A DNA stretch of 64,000 bases from an uncultured Gammaproteobacteria bacterium (GCA_913061515.1 CAJXSF010000010.1:5808-69807), one strand, 5' to 3'; positions 43,501-54,183 are shown, numbered from the stretch's first letter. Numbers and translations are program-made. The notes: a model not told the origin generated them from the sequence alone.

Positions 43501-45522
43501 CTAATTGAATAGGTTTTTTAACCCCGCAATTGCGGCGGCACCCTTCTCTTGTTTTTGTTCTGCGGTTGCCTCTGAGCGCCCTTCCCATTCCAATAAGTCT
43601 TGCGGTAGTTCATCCAAGAACCGGCTGGGTGTGGTTGTGATTGTTTCGCCGAATTGTTTGCGTTTGCGCGCTAAGGTGAACGTTAAACTCTGCTGCGCAC
43701 GAGTGACGCCCACATAGGCAAGACGCCTTTCTTCTTCGATGTCATCGTTCTCTATGCTGTTGCGATGGGGCAGGAGTTCCTCTTCCATGCCCATGATGAA
43801 CACATAAGGAAACTCCAAACCCTTTGCGGCATGCAGTGTCATGAGCTGAACCTGGTTGTCGATATCCTCTTCTTCTTGTCTCTCCATCATATCGCGTAGG
43901 ATCAACTTGTTAATCGCCGCCTCGATGTCTTCATCGGCGTCGTCCTCTTTGTTGGCTAGGCTCTTCTGTAGCGATGAAATCAGCACTTCGACATTGCCGA
44001 TGGCTCTTTCAGCCGCGTTGGGCGTTTTGGCATTCTGATGCAGCCAACCCTCATAATCCATGTCGCTGAGCATTTCTCGAATTGCGGCGATACTGTCACC
44101 GCGTTGGGAATTTTCGCGAATTCTGTCAAGCCAAGAGGCGAACCGCGTTAAGCGTTCGATTTTCTTCTCTTCTAAAAACTGCCCAAGTCCAATCTCATTG
44201 CAGGCGTTGAGTAGGCTAGTTTCGCGTTCACTCGCATAGCTGTTGAGCCCCTCTAGAATGCTAGGGCCAATCTTGCGGCGCGGGGTGTTAATTGCACGTA
44301 AAAATGCATTGTCGTCATCTGGGTTAATCAGCAGGCGCAAATAAGCCATGATATCTTTGATCTCTGGCTTTGAGAAGAAAGACGTGCCCCCTGTAATTTG
44401 ATAAGGGATCTGATTGGCTTGTAGTTGAATCTCTAATGCTCGCGCCTGATGATTGCCTCGGTACAGTACAGCAAAATCTCTGAAGCGCAGCCCTTTGTTA
44501 ATACATAGGCTGAGGATCTCGAGCGCGATGCGTTCAACTTCACCGTCTTGGTGCGGGCACATAATCACGCGGATCTGATTACCAAGCCCTAACTCACTCC
44601 ATAGCTGTTTCTCATAGATATGGGGGTTGTTGGCAATCAGAGTGTTCGCGGCGCGCAGAATATTATTATTAGAGCGATAGTTTTGTTCTAGTTTAATGAG
44701 TCTCAGCTTCGGGTAGTCTTTCTCTAATTGCACCATGTTCTCAGGGCGCGCGCCACGCCAAGAATAGATCGACTGATCGTCATCCCCGACCACGGTAAGG
44801 CCGCTGCGAGGACCAACCAAAAGTTTTACGAGCAAATATTGACCAGTGTTGGTGTCTTGATATTCGTCGACAAGAAGATAGTGGATGCGGTTTTGCCAGC
44901 GCTCCAGGACGTCTTGTTGTTCTTGAAAGAGTTGCACGGGTAAGCGAATTAAATCGTCAAAATCAACGGCGTTAAACGCAAGAAGATGGCGTTGATACTC
45001 GGTGTATACCCGTGCAGCGAATACCGCCTCGGCGTCTTCGGCAACGAGTTCTGCCTGCTTAGGTGTTAATAGCTGGTTTTTCCAAGAAGATATCGTGTTT
45101 TGTGTGTTTTTGAGTTGTTCGTCACTAATTTCGGCCTCTTTGTGCAGTAAACTCTTCAAAAGCGCGAGACTGTCTTGGCTGTCAAAGATAGAAAAGCCCG
45201 ATTTGTAACCGAGTTTGGCGTGTTCACGGCGAATGATGGTGAGGCCAAGATGGTGAAAGGTCGAGATCGTTAAGCCTCGCGCACTGGCACCCTGTGCGGT
45301 GTTGCGAATTAGTTGGCTGACGCGTTCTTTCATCTCGCGTGCCGCTTTGTTGGTAAATGTGACTGCGGCAATTTTATGAGCGGGGTAACCACACTCATTA
45401 ATAAGATAGCTAATTTTTTGCGTGATAACGCTCGTTTTGCCGCTACCAGCCCCTGCGAGGACTAACAATGGGGAGCTTATGTATTTGACCGCCTCTTTTT
45501 GACGGCTATTGAGTTTCTTCAC
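43501..45522 (-). CDS. rep: ATP-dependent DNA helicase Rep
   Basis: UvrD/Rep SF1 motifs AGAGSGKTSVIT, LLVDEYQDTN, VGDDDQSIYSWRGA and VTRAQQSL. About 673 aa. Confidence 0.93.
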   Translation of the reverse strand: MKKLNSRQKEAVKYISSPLLVLAGAGSGKTSVITQKISYLINECGYPAHKIAAVTFTNKAAREMKERVSQLIRNTAQGASARGLTISTFHHLGLTIIRREHAKLGYKSGFSIFDSQDSLALLKSLLHKEAEISDEQLKNTQNTISSWKNQLLTPKQAELVAEDAEAVFAARVYTEYQRHLLAFNAVDFDDLIRLPVQLFQEQQDVLERWQNRIHYLLVDEYQDTNTGQYLLVKLLVGPRSGLTVVGDDDQSIYSWRGARPENMVQLEKDYPKLRLIKLEQNYRSNNNILRAANTLIANNPHIYEKQLWSELGLGNQIRVIMCPHQDGEVERIALEILSLCINKGLRFRDFAVLYRGNHQARALEIQLQANQIPYQITGGTSFFSKPEIKDIMAYLRLLINPDDDNAFLRAINTPRRKIGPSILEGLNSYASERETSLLNACNEIGLGQFLEEKKIERLTRFASWLDRIRENSQRGDSIAAIREMLSDMDYEGWLHQNAKTPNAAERAIGNVEVLISSLQKSLANKEDDADEDIEAAINKLILRDMMERQEEEDIDNQVQLMTLHAAKGLEFPYVFIMGMEEELLPHRNSIENDDIEEERRLAYVGVTRAQQSLTFTLARKRKQFGETITTTPSRFLDELPQDLLEWEGRSEATAEQKQEKGAAAIAGLKNLFN

Positions 45523-45716
45523 AGGGGTTGATTTTCGTCTTTACTAGTAATGGGTTGGGGTGTTCTCTATTATATACGAGCCTAGTCCATACTCCTTGAA
45601 TTGATTGGGTTTTACTTGTTTATTCTTTCATCAAATATTTATGAAAGTAACTTGAGTAAATCACTTACCCTGCCGATAACAGTATTTAATGGACTGTTAA
45701 AACGTGGAGCCGCGCA

Positions 45717-47435
45717 GTGCAAATACTGCTGATCGCTGAACATGATGCTGAGTTTCGATTGATTGAGCGCCTGCTTAAGAATGTTGAAGACTCCCCTTAT
45801 CTGCTGACGTGGTGTCAGGCAGATGTGTTGGCGTTGGCAGCGACGCAGGTCTCAGCGTATAAGGCTATTATTTGGGGCCGCATCTCAGACCCTGAAATAT
45901 CCAAAGCATTGCTTAGTGAGCTCAAGCGCCAACAAATCGATATTCCCGTCATTGCCATTAGCGATCAATACCCACCAGGGGCAGACCGCGATGCTATCAA
46001 GCGTGGGGAGTCAGACATCCTGCTGCGCTCTTCCTTAACTGGCCAGTTACTAGAACGGTCTATAAATTTTGTATGCTCAAGACTAATACCCCTGCACAAG
46101 AATATAGAATCTCTCAATGCAGACCCTTTAACGGGCTTAAGTAATCGACAGGAGTTTCGCGATAAGCTTGCTCGTATTCTAGCCGATGCGAAGTCTCCAG
46201 AGTCTGTTGGCCTTCTTTTAGTAGACGTCGATCAATTTAAGAAAGTGAACGCTTCCTATGGTCAGGGAGCAGGTGACGCACTTATTCAGTTGATTGCCGC
46301 GCGTATACGCAATTGCTTATCTGAAGATCAGCACGCTGCTCGCATTGGCGGCAATGAATTTGCAGTGGTGTTTCAAAACGGTAGCGAATCGGTTGAGGAA
46401 CAATGCCGCAACTGCGTAGAACAAATTATCCAAGCGATGGCAAAACCCTTCCCTGTTGCTCAGCATGCAATTCGTATGCACGTGAGTGTTGGCATCGCAT
46501 TGAATAAAGAAGTAGAGATCACTGTCGATGTGTTGTTAGCAAATGCTGACATGGCGATGCGCATCGCTAAAGGTGAGAAAGGCAATAATTACCAGTTCTA
46601 CACGCAGAACATGACGAAGGCCGCACAAAAAATACTCAAATTAGAGTCTGAAATAAGACGCGGTATTCGCAACGAAGAATTTGAATTGTTCTATCAACCG
46701 CGTATTGATTTGGCCAGCAATCAAATTGTTGGCGCCGAAGGGCTTGTGCGTTGGAATCATCCTACCCGTGGGCTATTACCTCCAGCTGAGTTTATCTCAG
46801 TGGCCGAAGAAAGTGGTTTGATCGTGCCATTAGGGTATTGGGTTATTCACCAGGCCTGTAAAGATCTCAATGTTCTTTCAGAGCTTGGCCACCATCAGGT
46901 GCAACTCGCGGTGAATGTGTCCTTTAGGCAATTCCAAGATAAGAACTTTGTACAGACGGTTGCCAATATTCTCGGCAACCAGGGAATTACCGAGGGCCGC
47001 TTAGAGTTTGAGTTGACCGAAACAACGATGATGATCGAGGGGCACGCCGTGGATCAAAGTTTGCGTCGCCTCAATGAACTAGGCATCGATATCTCTTTGG
47101 ACGATTTTGGTACGGGCTATTCTTCGTTCGCGCACATTCAACGCTTGCCGATTTCAGTGCTGAAGATTGACCGCTCTTTCGTTGGCAGTGTTATCTCCAA
47201 CGAGGACGATGCCACGATCGTCAAAGCCATTATCAGTCTGGCCCATAGCTTGAATATGCAAGTGATCGCTGAGGGAGCCGAGACGGCTGAGCAAGTGAAT
47301 TTCCTTTCCGAGAATAGTTGCGACCAAGTGCAAGGCTACTTTTACAGCAAGCCTGTGACTTTCTCCTCTGTAAAAAACCTCCTCTCTCATTCCGAGCTGC
47401 TAACCAATAATATCAATGCAAGCATTACCCACTAA
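45717..47435 (+). CDS. Pseudo-receiver - degenerate GGDEF - EAL protein (probable c-di-GMP phosphodiesterase)
   Basis: The GGDEF site reads GGNEF. The EAL region has YQPRIDL, AEGLVRW, DDFGTGYSS and QGYFYSKP. The N-terminal REC-like fold has no obvious acceptor Asp. GTG start. Confidence 0.85.
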   Translation: MQILLIAEHDAEFRLIERLLKNVEDSPYLLTWCQADVLALAATQVSAYKAIIWGRISDPEISKALLSELKRQQIDIPVIAISDQYPPGADRDAIKRGESDILLRSSLTGQLLERSINFVCSRLIPLHKNIESLNADPLTGLSNRQEFRDKLARILADAKSPESVGLLLVDVDQFKKVNASYGQGAGDALIQLIAARIRNCLSEDQHAARIGGNEFAVVFQNGSESVEEQCRNCVEQIIQAMAKPFPVAQHAIRMHVSVGIALNKEVEITVDVLLANADMAMRIAKGEKGNNYQFYTQNMTKAAQKILKLESEIRRGIRNEEFELFYQPRIDLASNQIVGAEGLVRWNHPTRGLLPPAEFISVAEESGLIVPLGYWVIHQACKDLNVLSELGHHQVQLAVNVSFRQFQDKNFVQTVANILGNQGITEGRLEFELTETTMMIEGHAVDQSLRRLNELGIDISLDDFGTGYSSFAHIQRLPISVLKIDRSFVGSVISNEDDATIVKAIISLAHSLNMQVIAEGAETAEQVNFLSENSCDQVQGYFYSKPVTFSSVKNLLSHSELLTNNINASITH

Positions 47436-47523
47436 ATCGAAGTAAGGTCAGCCTGTTATTGGCGTGAAACGAAAAACTGTACTAAACATTGAGTATTGAA
47501 ATTCGTTTGCCAAGGACTGGCCT

Positions 47524-49056
47524 GTGTCACTCGCCATTGTTTACTCTCGTGCCAATGTTGGCGTTGATGCGCCACTAGTGACTGTCGAGACCCATTTATC
47601 CAATGGCTTGCCAAGTTTCACGATTGTCGGTTTACCAGAAACTGCAGTGCGCGAAAGCCGTGAGCGGGTACGATGCGCGATTCTCAATAGCCAGCTAGAG
47701 TTTCCCACTCGCCGTATTACTATTAATCTTGCGCCTGCAGACCTGCCTAAGAGTGGTGGGCGATTCGATCTCGCGATTGCCATTAGTATTCTGGCGGCGT
47801 CGGGTCAAATTCCGATACAAGCACTTGCGTCCGTTGAGCTTTTGGGCGAGCTAGCGCTGACGGGCACATTGAGGTCCGTATATGGTGTGCTGCCGGCTTT
47901 AATCAATGCACGCGCTTGTGGCCGCTCACTTCTGATCCCTTTAGCCAACAGAGGCGAAGCACAATTATTGCCGAACGCCAATGCCTTTGCTGGAAACCAT
48001 CTTGTAGATGTATGTCGGCAGTTACAAACTGGGTCAGGTATGACTTTGTGCGAACCTGTGCTTGGCTATTCAAGCGAAGCGAATAGAAAGGGGGAGTTCG
48101 ATCTCATTCGCGGGCAGAGTGCCGCAAAGCGAGCGCTGACAGTAGCGGCAGCTGGCTCGCACAATATGTTGCTTGTCGGGCCACCTGGTACAGGCAAGAC
48201 CATGCTCGCTAGGAGCTTGGAGTATTTACTCCCACAGTTAAATGAAACCGCCGCGTTAGAGGCTGCCGCTATTCGCTCTATTTCGAAACAGTCACTAGAC
48301 CCTGCCAATTGGCGCCAAGCCCCCTTTCGGATGCCTCATCACACGGCGACCAATGTCGCCCTTGTGGGCGGTGGTGCTCATGCTTTTCCAGGCGAAGTAA
48401 GCCTTGCGCACCAGGGAGTGTTGTTTCTAGACGAGCTAACGGAGTTTAAGCGCAGCGTATTAGAAAGTCTGCGTGAGCCTTTGGAGTCAGGAGTCATTAC
48501 TATTAGCCGAGCGAGCTATCGGCTCGAACTACCAGCTCAGTTTCAACTGATTGCCGCAATGAACCCCTGCCCTTGTGGTTTTTATGGTGACCCACACGGT
48601 GCATGTAGTTGCACGCCAGAGCGCGTGCAACGCTATTTAGATAAAGTCTCTGGTCCCTTGCTCGATAGAATCGATCTCATTATAGAGGTCCCAAGGATTC
48701 CATTTGAAGAGCTGCGCGCTCCTATAGAAGGTGAAGATCAGGCAGGTAGTGAGGAGTCAGACCTACAACAAAGGATTGTCGATTGTCGAAGTATGCAAGT
48801 GGCGCGTGCAGACAAGCTCAATAGAGAACTGAACAATAAAGAGCTCGAGATCTATTGTGAGCTTGATGCCAGTGGTGAGGCGTTGCTCAAAGAGGCTGTC
48901 AGAAAGCTTTCTCTATCTGCACGTGCAAGTCATCGAATTCTTAAGCTGGCGCGCACGATTGCGGACTTAGAAGCACGAACGCAAATAGAAGTCGCGGACC
49001 TCGCCGAAGCCATCTCCTATCGCCGATACCTGCAAATATTGAACCCGCGTGCTTAA
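47524..49056 (+). CDS. comM: Mg-chelatase-like AAA+ protein YifB/ComM
   Basis: Lon-protease-like N-terminal domain, Walker A GPPGTGKTM, FLDELTEF and C-terminal HRILKLARTIADLE. GTG start. Confidence 0.9.
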   Translation: MSLAIVYSRANVGVDAPLVTVETHLSNGLPSFTIVGLPETAVRESRERVRCAILNSQLEFPTRRITINLAPADLPKSGGRFDLAIAISILAASGQIPIQALASVELLGELALTGTLRSVYGVLPALINARACGRSLLIPLANRGEAQLLPNANAFAGNHLVDVCRQLQTGSGMTLCEPVLGYSSEANRKGEFDLIRGQSAAKRALTVAAAGSHNMLLVGPPGTGKTMLARSLEYLLPQLNETAALEAAAIRSISKQSLDPANWRQAPFRMPHHTATNVALVGGGAHAFPGEVSLAHQGVLFLDELTEFKRSVLESLREPLESGVITISRASYRLELPAQFQLIAAMNPCPCGFYGDPHGACSCTPERVQRYLDKVSGPLLDRIDLIIEVPRIPFEELRAPIEGEDQAGSEESDLQQRIVDCRSMQVARADKLNRELNNKELEIYCELDASGEALLKEAVRKLSLSARASHRILKLARTIADLEARTQIEVADLAEAISYRRYLQILNPRA

Positions 49057-49334
49057 TGTGGTGCTTGTGGCTGTTCAGTATCTTGCGCAAGCTTTGCAAG
49101 GCGTTCCTCTAGCACTTTTACTTGCACCTCCAATGCACTGATTTTTTCTTCTGCACGCGCCAGTGCCGCTAGTTGGCTTTCAAACTCTTCTCTGGTTAGC
49201 AGGTCCAGTTTGGAGAATCCTTTCTGCAAAGCCGCAGTCATAGATTTTTTCATGTCATCGCCAGCAGCTTCTGCTTGTGGCATGAGTTTGGAAATCTGTT
49301 GGCTGATTTCTTCAAAAATTCGCTTGTCGATCAT
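49053..49334 (-). CDS. ubiK: Ubiquinone biosynthesis accessory factor UbiK (YqiC/BMFP family)
   Basis: MIDKRIFEEISQQISKLMP... LDLLTREEFESQ... coiled-coil resembles E. coli UbiK. Start at the internal ATG 49334. Confidence 0.75.
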   Translation of the reverse strand: MIDKRIFEEISQQISKLMPQAEAAGDDMKKSMTAALQKGFSKLDLLTREEFESQLAALARAEEKISALEVQVKVLEERLAKLAQDTEQPQAPH

Positions 49335-49604
49335 CGTGATAGCCCTTGCGTTAAATTCATTGCTAAGCATTGTAGCTCAATCGCTCAATTTCAGTGCAAC
49401 CCTTAAGGGTCATATTGCACACAAATTAAGCAGCCGAAGTGAACCAGAATGTGGCATCACAAAAAAAACGAACCATAAAGGTGCATAAAGCAAATTTATA
49501 CGCAAGAAAGAAATTTTAAAATGAGAGTGGTTTTGGAATTCTAAAAATCTTTAAGTAGATGTTTTTATTAGTAAATAAAATATTTTTTGGGAAATTTTAA
49601 TAAT

Positions 49605-49621
49605 AGGCACGCTCTGTGCTT
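49605..49621 (+). promoter_or_regulatory. sigma54-type promoter aGGCACGctctGTGCTt upstream of the porin gene
   Basis: GG-N10-GC spacing. Matches TGGCACG-N4-TTGCW at most positions. About 115 nt upstream of ATG 49734, in an AT-rich leader. Confidence 0.5.
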
Positions 49622-49733
49622 TAAGCCAATTGTCCAGTTTTAGATCGCGATTTACAAAAGTGCAATCGCGACTAGTTCGGAACAGAACCCACAAGAAAAA
49701 AATACTTACTACAACGTCTAGGAGATTTAGAAA

Positions 49734-50417
49734 ATGAAAAAACTTACTAAGGCATTGCTTGCCACAGGATTGCTAAGCGCTACTTTTGCTGTACAGGCCC
49801 AAGAGAGTCCAATCAGCGCAAATGTAACGCTGGCAACTGACTACATCTATCGTGGTGTGTCGCAAACTAGCAGCGCCGCAGCGATACAAGGCGGCTTTGA
49901 CTATGCTAGTGAGTCAGGGTTCTATGTGGGTACATGGGCATCAAACCTTTCATATGATGATTACATCGAAATTGATTACTACGGTGGATATTCAGGAAGC
50001 TTGACGGACGAGATCGGCTATGACGTTGGTTTCATTTATTATGACTATCCAGGAATGAGCACTGATGACTTTTTAGAATTCTATGGCGTGTTGAGCTATG
50101 GCGGTTTGTCTGCCTCTATCAACTACTCTAATGATTTCTATGCGTCAGTTGGCAAGGCGTTGTACTACACACTTGATTACGGTTTTGACTTAGGCAACGA
50201 CTTTGCACTTGGTTTGCACTACGGATTACAGACTTATGATCTAGACTATTGGGGCACAGAAGACGCCTATTCTGAATACAATGTGTCTTTGTCTAAATCA
50301 TACGCTGGTTTGGATTTCTCATTGATGTATACAGATACGGATCTTAGTGATGCGAACTGTGGAAGCCCAACAGCCTGCGATAGCACAGTCGTATTTGCAA
50401 TGGGTAAATCGTTCTAA
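49734..50417 (+). CDS. TorF-family putative outer-membrane porin
   Basis: Signal peptide. ANVTLATDYIYRGVSQTS..AIQGGFDY is the family signature as I recall it. Tyr/Asp-rich strands and a terminal Phe. Confidence 0.7.
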   Translation: MKKLTKALLATGLLSATFAVQAQESPISANVTLATDYIYRGVSQTSSAAAIQGGFDYASESGFYVGTWASNLSYDDYIEIDYYGGYSGSLTDEIGYDVGFIYYDYPGMSTDDFLEFYGVLSYGGLSASINYSNDFYASVGKALYYTLDYGFDLGNDFALGLHYGLQTYDLDYWGTEDAYSEYNVSLSKSYAGLDFSLMYTDTDLSDANCGSPTACDSTVVFAMGKSF

Positions 50418-50457
50418 AACCCGAAGTGCGCACGTTTAGTGCATTGCTTGTCTTAAC

Positions 50458-50498
50458 AAAGGGCCCGTCGGCAACCGCTGACGGGCCCTTTGTTATTT
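50458..50498 (+). terminator. Rho-independent terminator (GGGCCCGTC-loop-GACGGGCCC + T-rich tail)
   Basis: Perfect 9-bp GC-rich stem read directly after the porin gene. Confidence 0.8.
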
Positions 50499-50514
50499 GG
50501 GCCAAAAACTCTAT

Positions 50515-50560
50515 GGCACCAATTGGTGCGCGATGTGGTGCATAGCACCATTATGGTGCA
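50515..50560. promoter_or_regulatory. NtrC-type enhancer sites (gGCACCAATTGGTGCg and aGCACCATTATGGTGCA)
   Basis: The second site matches TGCACCA-N3-TGGTGCA at 16 of 17 positions. The first is a perfect palindrome with a spacing 1 bp shorter. They lie about 90-130 nt upstream of the sigma54 promoter. Confidence 0.65.
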
Positions 50561-50644
50561 ATTTTGTGGGATTGGAACGGTAGTTACGAGAGATATTTTC
50601 TGCAAACTTCCGTAAGTTATTGTTTTATATCGTTATGTTCTTGT

Positions 50645-50661
50645 TGGCACGACCCGTGCAT
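50645..50661 (+). promoter_or_regulatory. sigma54 promoter TGGCACGacccGTGCAt for glnK-amtB
   Basis: GG-N10-GC with a good -24/-12 match. It lies 67 nt upstream of the glnK ATG. Confidence 0.75.
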
Positions 50662-50670
50662 TAAGCATAG

Positions 50671-51066
<396 letters not shown>

Positions 51067-51156
51067 AGCAAAAGATACATAGATCGAATAGATCACAAAC
51101 AACGACTATAAAGTTAACCAGGAAGTAAGACTCACAGACCTGGTTTGGAGGTAAAG

Positions 51157-52419
51157 GTGGAAGACCAAATTTTTCAACTGCAGTACGCGATGGACACATT
51201 CTATTTCCTAGTTTGTGGCGCGCTAGTGATGTGGATGGCGGCAGGTTTCTCAATGTTAGAAGCCGGTCTTGTTCGCTCAAAGAACACAACAGAAATTCTA
51301 ACCAAGAACGTCGCATTGTTCTCGATCTCATGCATCATGTATTTGGTTTGCGGTTACGCGATCATGTACGGTGGTACATTCTTCCTATCAGGAATCGAAG
51401 GCGGCGACACGCTCGTTGCAGACGCACTAGCCTCTAAGGCTGAAGAAGGTTTTGACGGTGGGTCGGTTTACTCCGGTGCTTCTGACTTCTTCTTCCAAGT
51501 AGTATTCGTTGCAACGGCAATGTCGATTGTTTCAGGTGCAGTAGCTGAGCGCATGAAGCTTTGGGCTTTCCTATTGTTCGCAGTAGTAATGACTGGTGTT
51601 ATTTACCCATTAGAGGGTTCATGGACTTGGGGCGGCAACGACGTGTTCGGCATGTTCAACCTAGGTGACCTTGGTTTCTCTGACTTCGCCGGTTCCGGTA
51701 TCGTCCACATGGCAGGTGCTGCAGCGGCTCTAGCGGGTGTTCTCTTGCTAGGTGCACGTAAAGGCAAATACGCAGCGGATGGCAGCATCAAAGCAATCCC
51801 AGGTGCTAACCTACCATTGGCGACACTTGGTACCTTCATCCTTTGGATGGGTTGGTTCGGTTTCAACGGCGGCTCTGTATTGAAGCTTGCTGACGTGGGT
51901 AGTGCGAACGCTGTTGCGATGGTGTTCTTGAACACGAACGCTGCTGCTGCAGGTGGTTTGGTTGCTGCACTTCTAGTCGCTCATGCGCTATTCGGCAAAG
52001 CTGATCTAACAATGGCACTGAACGGTGCACTTGCTGGGCTAGTAGCCATTACTGCTGAGCCTTCTACTCCTACAGCGTTGCAAGCAACGATCTTTGGTGG
52101 TCTAGGTGGCGTACTAGTAGTATTCAGCATCGTCTTCTTAGACAAAATGAAAATCGATGACCCAGTAGGTGCAATCTCTGTACACGGTAGCTGTGGTCTT
52201 CTAGGTCTTCTAATAGTGCCGATCACGAATGATGGAGTTTCGTTCTCCGGTCAAATCATTGGTGCACTAACAATCTTCATCTGGGTATTCGTTGCTAGCT
52301 TGATCGTTTGGACTCTGATCAAAATGGTCATGGGTATTCGAGTAAGTGAGGAAGAGGAATCGCAAGGTGTGGATGTATCTGAGTGTGGTCTTGAGGCTTA
52401 CCCAGAGTTCACTAAGTAA
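51157..52419 (+). CDS. amtB: Ammonium transporter AmtB
   Basis: Amt-family TM pattern (DFAGSGIVHMAGAAAAL, WFGFNGGS, ISVHGSCGLLG). GTG at 51157 lies 5 nt after GGAGG. Confidence 0.93.
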   Translation: MEDQIFQLQYAMDTFYFLVCGALVMWMAAGFSMLEAGLVRSKNTTEILTKNVALFSISCIMYLVCGYAIMYGGTFFLSGIEGGDTLVADALASKAEEGFDGGSVYSGASDFFFQVVFVATAMSIVSGAVAERMKLWAFLLFAVVMTGVIYPLEGSWTWGGNDVFGMFNLGDLGFSDFAGSGIVHMAGAAAALAGVLLLGARKGKYAADGSIKAIPGANLPLATLGTFILWMGWFGFNGGSVLKLADVGSANAVAMVFLNTNAAAAGGLVAALLVAHALFGKADLTMALNGALAGLVAITAEPSTPTALQATIFGGLGGVLVVFSIVFLDKMKIDDPVGAISVHGSCGLLGLLIVPITNDGVSFSGQIIGALTIFIWVFVASLIVWTLIKMVMGIRVSEEEESQGVDVSECGLEAYPEFTK

Positions 52420-52464
52420 TATCGTAGGAAGGTTTTTACTCTCAATAACGTAGATATTAACGTA

Positions 52465-52489
52465 AGCGCCCTTCGGGGCGCTTTTTTTT
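52465..52489. terminator. Rho-independent terminator AGCGCCC-ttcg-GGGCGCT + T8
   Basis: Read directly after amtB. Confidence 0.85.
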
Positions 52490-52499
52490 GCGCTAAATT

Positions 52500-53225
52500 T
52501 TAGAAATCACCCCATAAATGCTGCGCTAAACTAATGGCGACTACCGGAGCAGTCTCGGTCCGTAATACTCGCGCTCCAAGGCGCAGAGAAGAAAAACCAA
52601 ACTTATTGGCACAAGTGACTTCTGTTTCTGACAAGCCCCCTTCTGGGCCAATCAAAAAAGTCACTGAGTTTGGTGTGCGGTCACTAGGCAAGGAATTTTC
52701 AGCACGATGATCTAGGACAAAGCACTCACCTGTGTGCTCTTGTGCTAACCACTGCTCTAAAGGCTGCGGGGGAATAATTGTTGGGATTGCACAGCGGCCG
52801 GATTGCTCGCAGGCACTAATCGCTACGCGCTCCCAATGACTCATGCGGTTGTCTACGCGATCGGCTTTAATCTTGACTTCGCAACGTTCTGTTAATAGCG
52901 GAATGATGCAATTAACGCCGAGTTCCGTCGCTTTCTGAATCGCATAATCCATCCGCTCGCCACGGGAAATTCCCATAGCGAGGTGGATGGTGAGAGGTGA
53001 TTCAGATTCATTGTGAACAGCTTGTTCGATCAAGACGGTGAGGCGCTTTTTCTCCACGGCTTGCAGTGTGGCTAAGAACTCGCCGTCACGTTCATTGAAC
53101 AACGCGATCTGTTCGCCTGAGCGCATGCGCAAAACTTTACTGACATAGTGTGCAACGCTGTCATCCAGTTGTGTTTCAGAACCAACAATGAGTGATTGCT
53201 TAGTGTAGATTCGTGACAGGCGCAT
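52500..53225 (-). CDS. rsmE: 16S rRNA (uracil1498-N3)-methyltransferase RsmE
   Basis: About 241 aa. MRLSRIY... PUA-like N-terminus and C-terminal SPOUT motifs (LIGPEGGLSETE, RVLRTETA). Confidence 0.88.
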   Translation of the reverse strand: MRLSRIYTKQSLIVGSETQLDDSVAHYVSKVLRMRSGEQIALFNERDGEFLATLQAVEKKRLTVLIEQAVHNESESPLTIHLAMGISRGERMDYAIQKATELGVNCIIPLLTERCEVKIKADRVDNRMSHWERVAISACEQSGRCAIPTIIPPQPLEQWLAQEHTGECFVLDHRAENSLPSDRTPNSVTFLIGPEGGLSETEVTCANKFGFSSLRLGARVLRTETAPVVAISLAQHLWGDF

Positions 53226-53226
53226 A

Positions 53227-54090
53227 TTATTTTTCGCTTAGTCGAAGATTATTCCAAATAGCGCTAACAGGTCCGTCTTGGTTCATTGTATAGAAGTGCA
53301 AGCCAGGCGCGCCGCCTTCCAATAATTTTTCGCAAAGCTGCGTGACAACTTCGATGCCGAAAGCCTGAATGCTTTGTGTGTCGTCGCCGTAGCTTTGTAA
53401 GCGTTGACGCATCCAGCGTGGAATTTCCGCGCCGCAGTTTGTGCTGAAGCGTGCAAGGCTTGTGTAATTCGTAATGGGCATAATGCCAGGCACGATCGGA
53501 ACCTCGATTCCGGCTGCACGAGCACTTTCTACATAATAGAAATAAGCCTCTGGGTTATAAAAATACTGAGTAATCGCACTGTTCGCGCCAGCATCGACTT
53601 TCTTTTTGAAATAATGAATGTCGCTGTCAAAGCTGTCTGACTTAGGGTGGATCTCAGGGTAACATGCGACTTCGATATGAAAATGATCGCCAGTGTGACG
53701 CCTAATTAGTTCGATAAGCTCATTGGCATAATAAAAACTATTCGTGCCACCGGTGCCAGAGGGAATGTCACCACGAAGCGCCACGAGTCGATTGATCCCA
53801 AGCGATTTATAGTCGTTGATGAGAGACACTATTTCTTGCTCAGAGGAGCCGCCAAATGATAAGTGTGGCGCCGCATTGGATCCGGAATTGTGTATATTAA
53901 GCACTGCTTGGCGAGTGCCGTCTCTAGTGGAGCCGCCAGCGCCATAAGTTACCGAAAAGAAATCGGGGTTTAGCAAAGCCAATTGCTTATGCACTAGTGC
54001 AAGCTTTTGCACACCCACATCCGTTTTAGGCGGGAAAAATTCAAAGCTAAAACGCGTATCTGTGGCGCTGCTTTTATTTGTCGTACTCAT
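53227..54090 (-). CDS. metF: 5,10-methylenetetrahydrofolate reductase
   Basis: FSFEFFPPKT, SVTYGAGGSTR and LHFYTMN. Confidence 0.93.
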   Translation of the reverse strand: MSTTNKSSATDTRFSFEFFPPKTDVGVQKLALVHKQLALLNPDFFSVTYGAGGSTRDGTRQAVLNIHNSGSNAAPHLSFGGSSEQEIVSLINDYKSLGINRLVALRGDIPSGTGGTNSFYYANELIELIRRHTGDHFHIEVACYPEIHPKSDSFDSDIHYFKKKVDAGANSAITQYFYNPEAYFYYVESARAAGIEVPIVPGIMPITNYTSLARFSTNCGAEIPRWMRQRLQSYGDDTQSIQAFGIEVVTQLCEKLLEGGAPGLHFYTMNQDGPVSAIWNNLRLSEK

Positions 54091-54183
54091 CTAATTGTTC
54101 TCTTGCAGTGTATTTTAGATTAAGCGTGTAGACAAACGCCTCAGCATAATAGCCGAGGCGTTTGTTTACAGTTTCTCAGTATA

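Noticed and set aside
45625-45647. 7-bp inverted repeat CTTTCAT-N9-ATGAAAG in the rep / GGDEF-EAL intergenic region
   Set aside because: It is short and AT-rich, so it is expected by chance in an AT-rich promoter region.
49399-49410. Perfect 12-bp palindrome ACCCTTAAGGGT flanked by GTGCA/TTGCAC, upstream of ubiK
   Set aside because: It is short and matches no known regulator motif. I considered it as an NtrC enhancer for the porin promoter, but it does not fit TGCACCA-N3-TGGTGCA.
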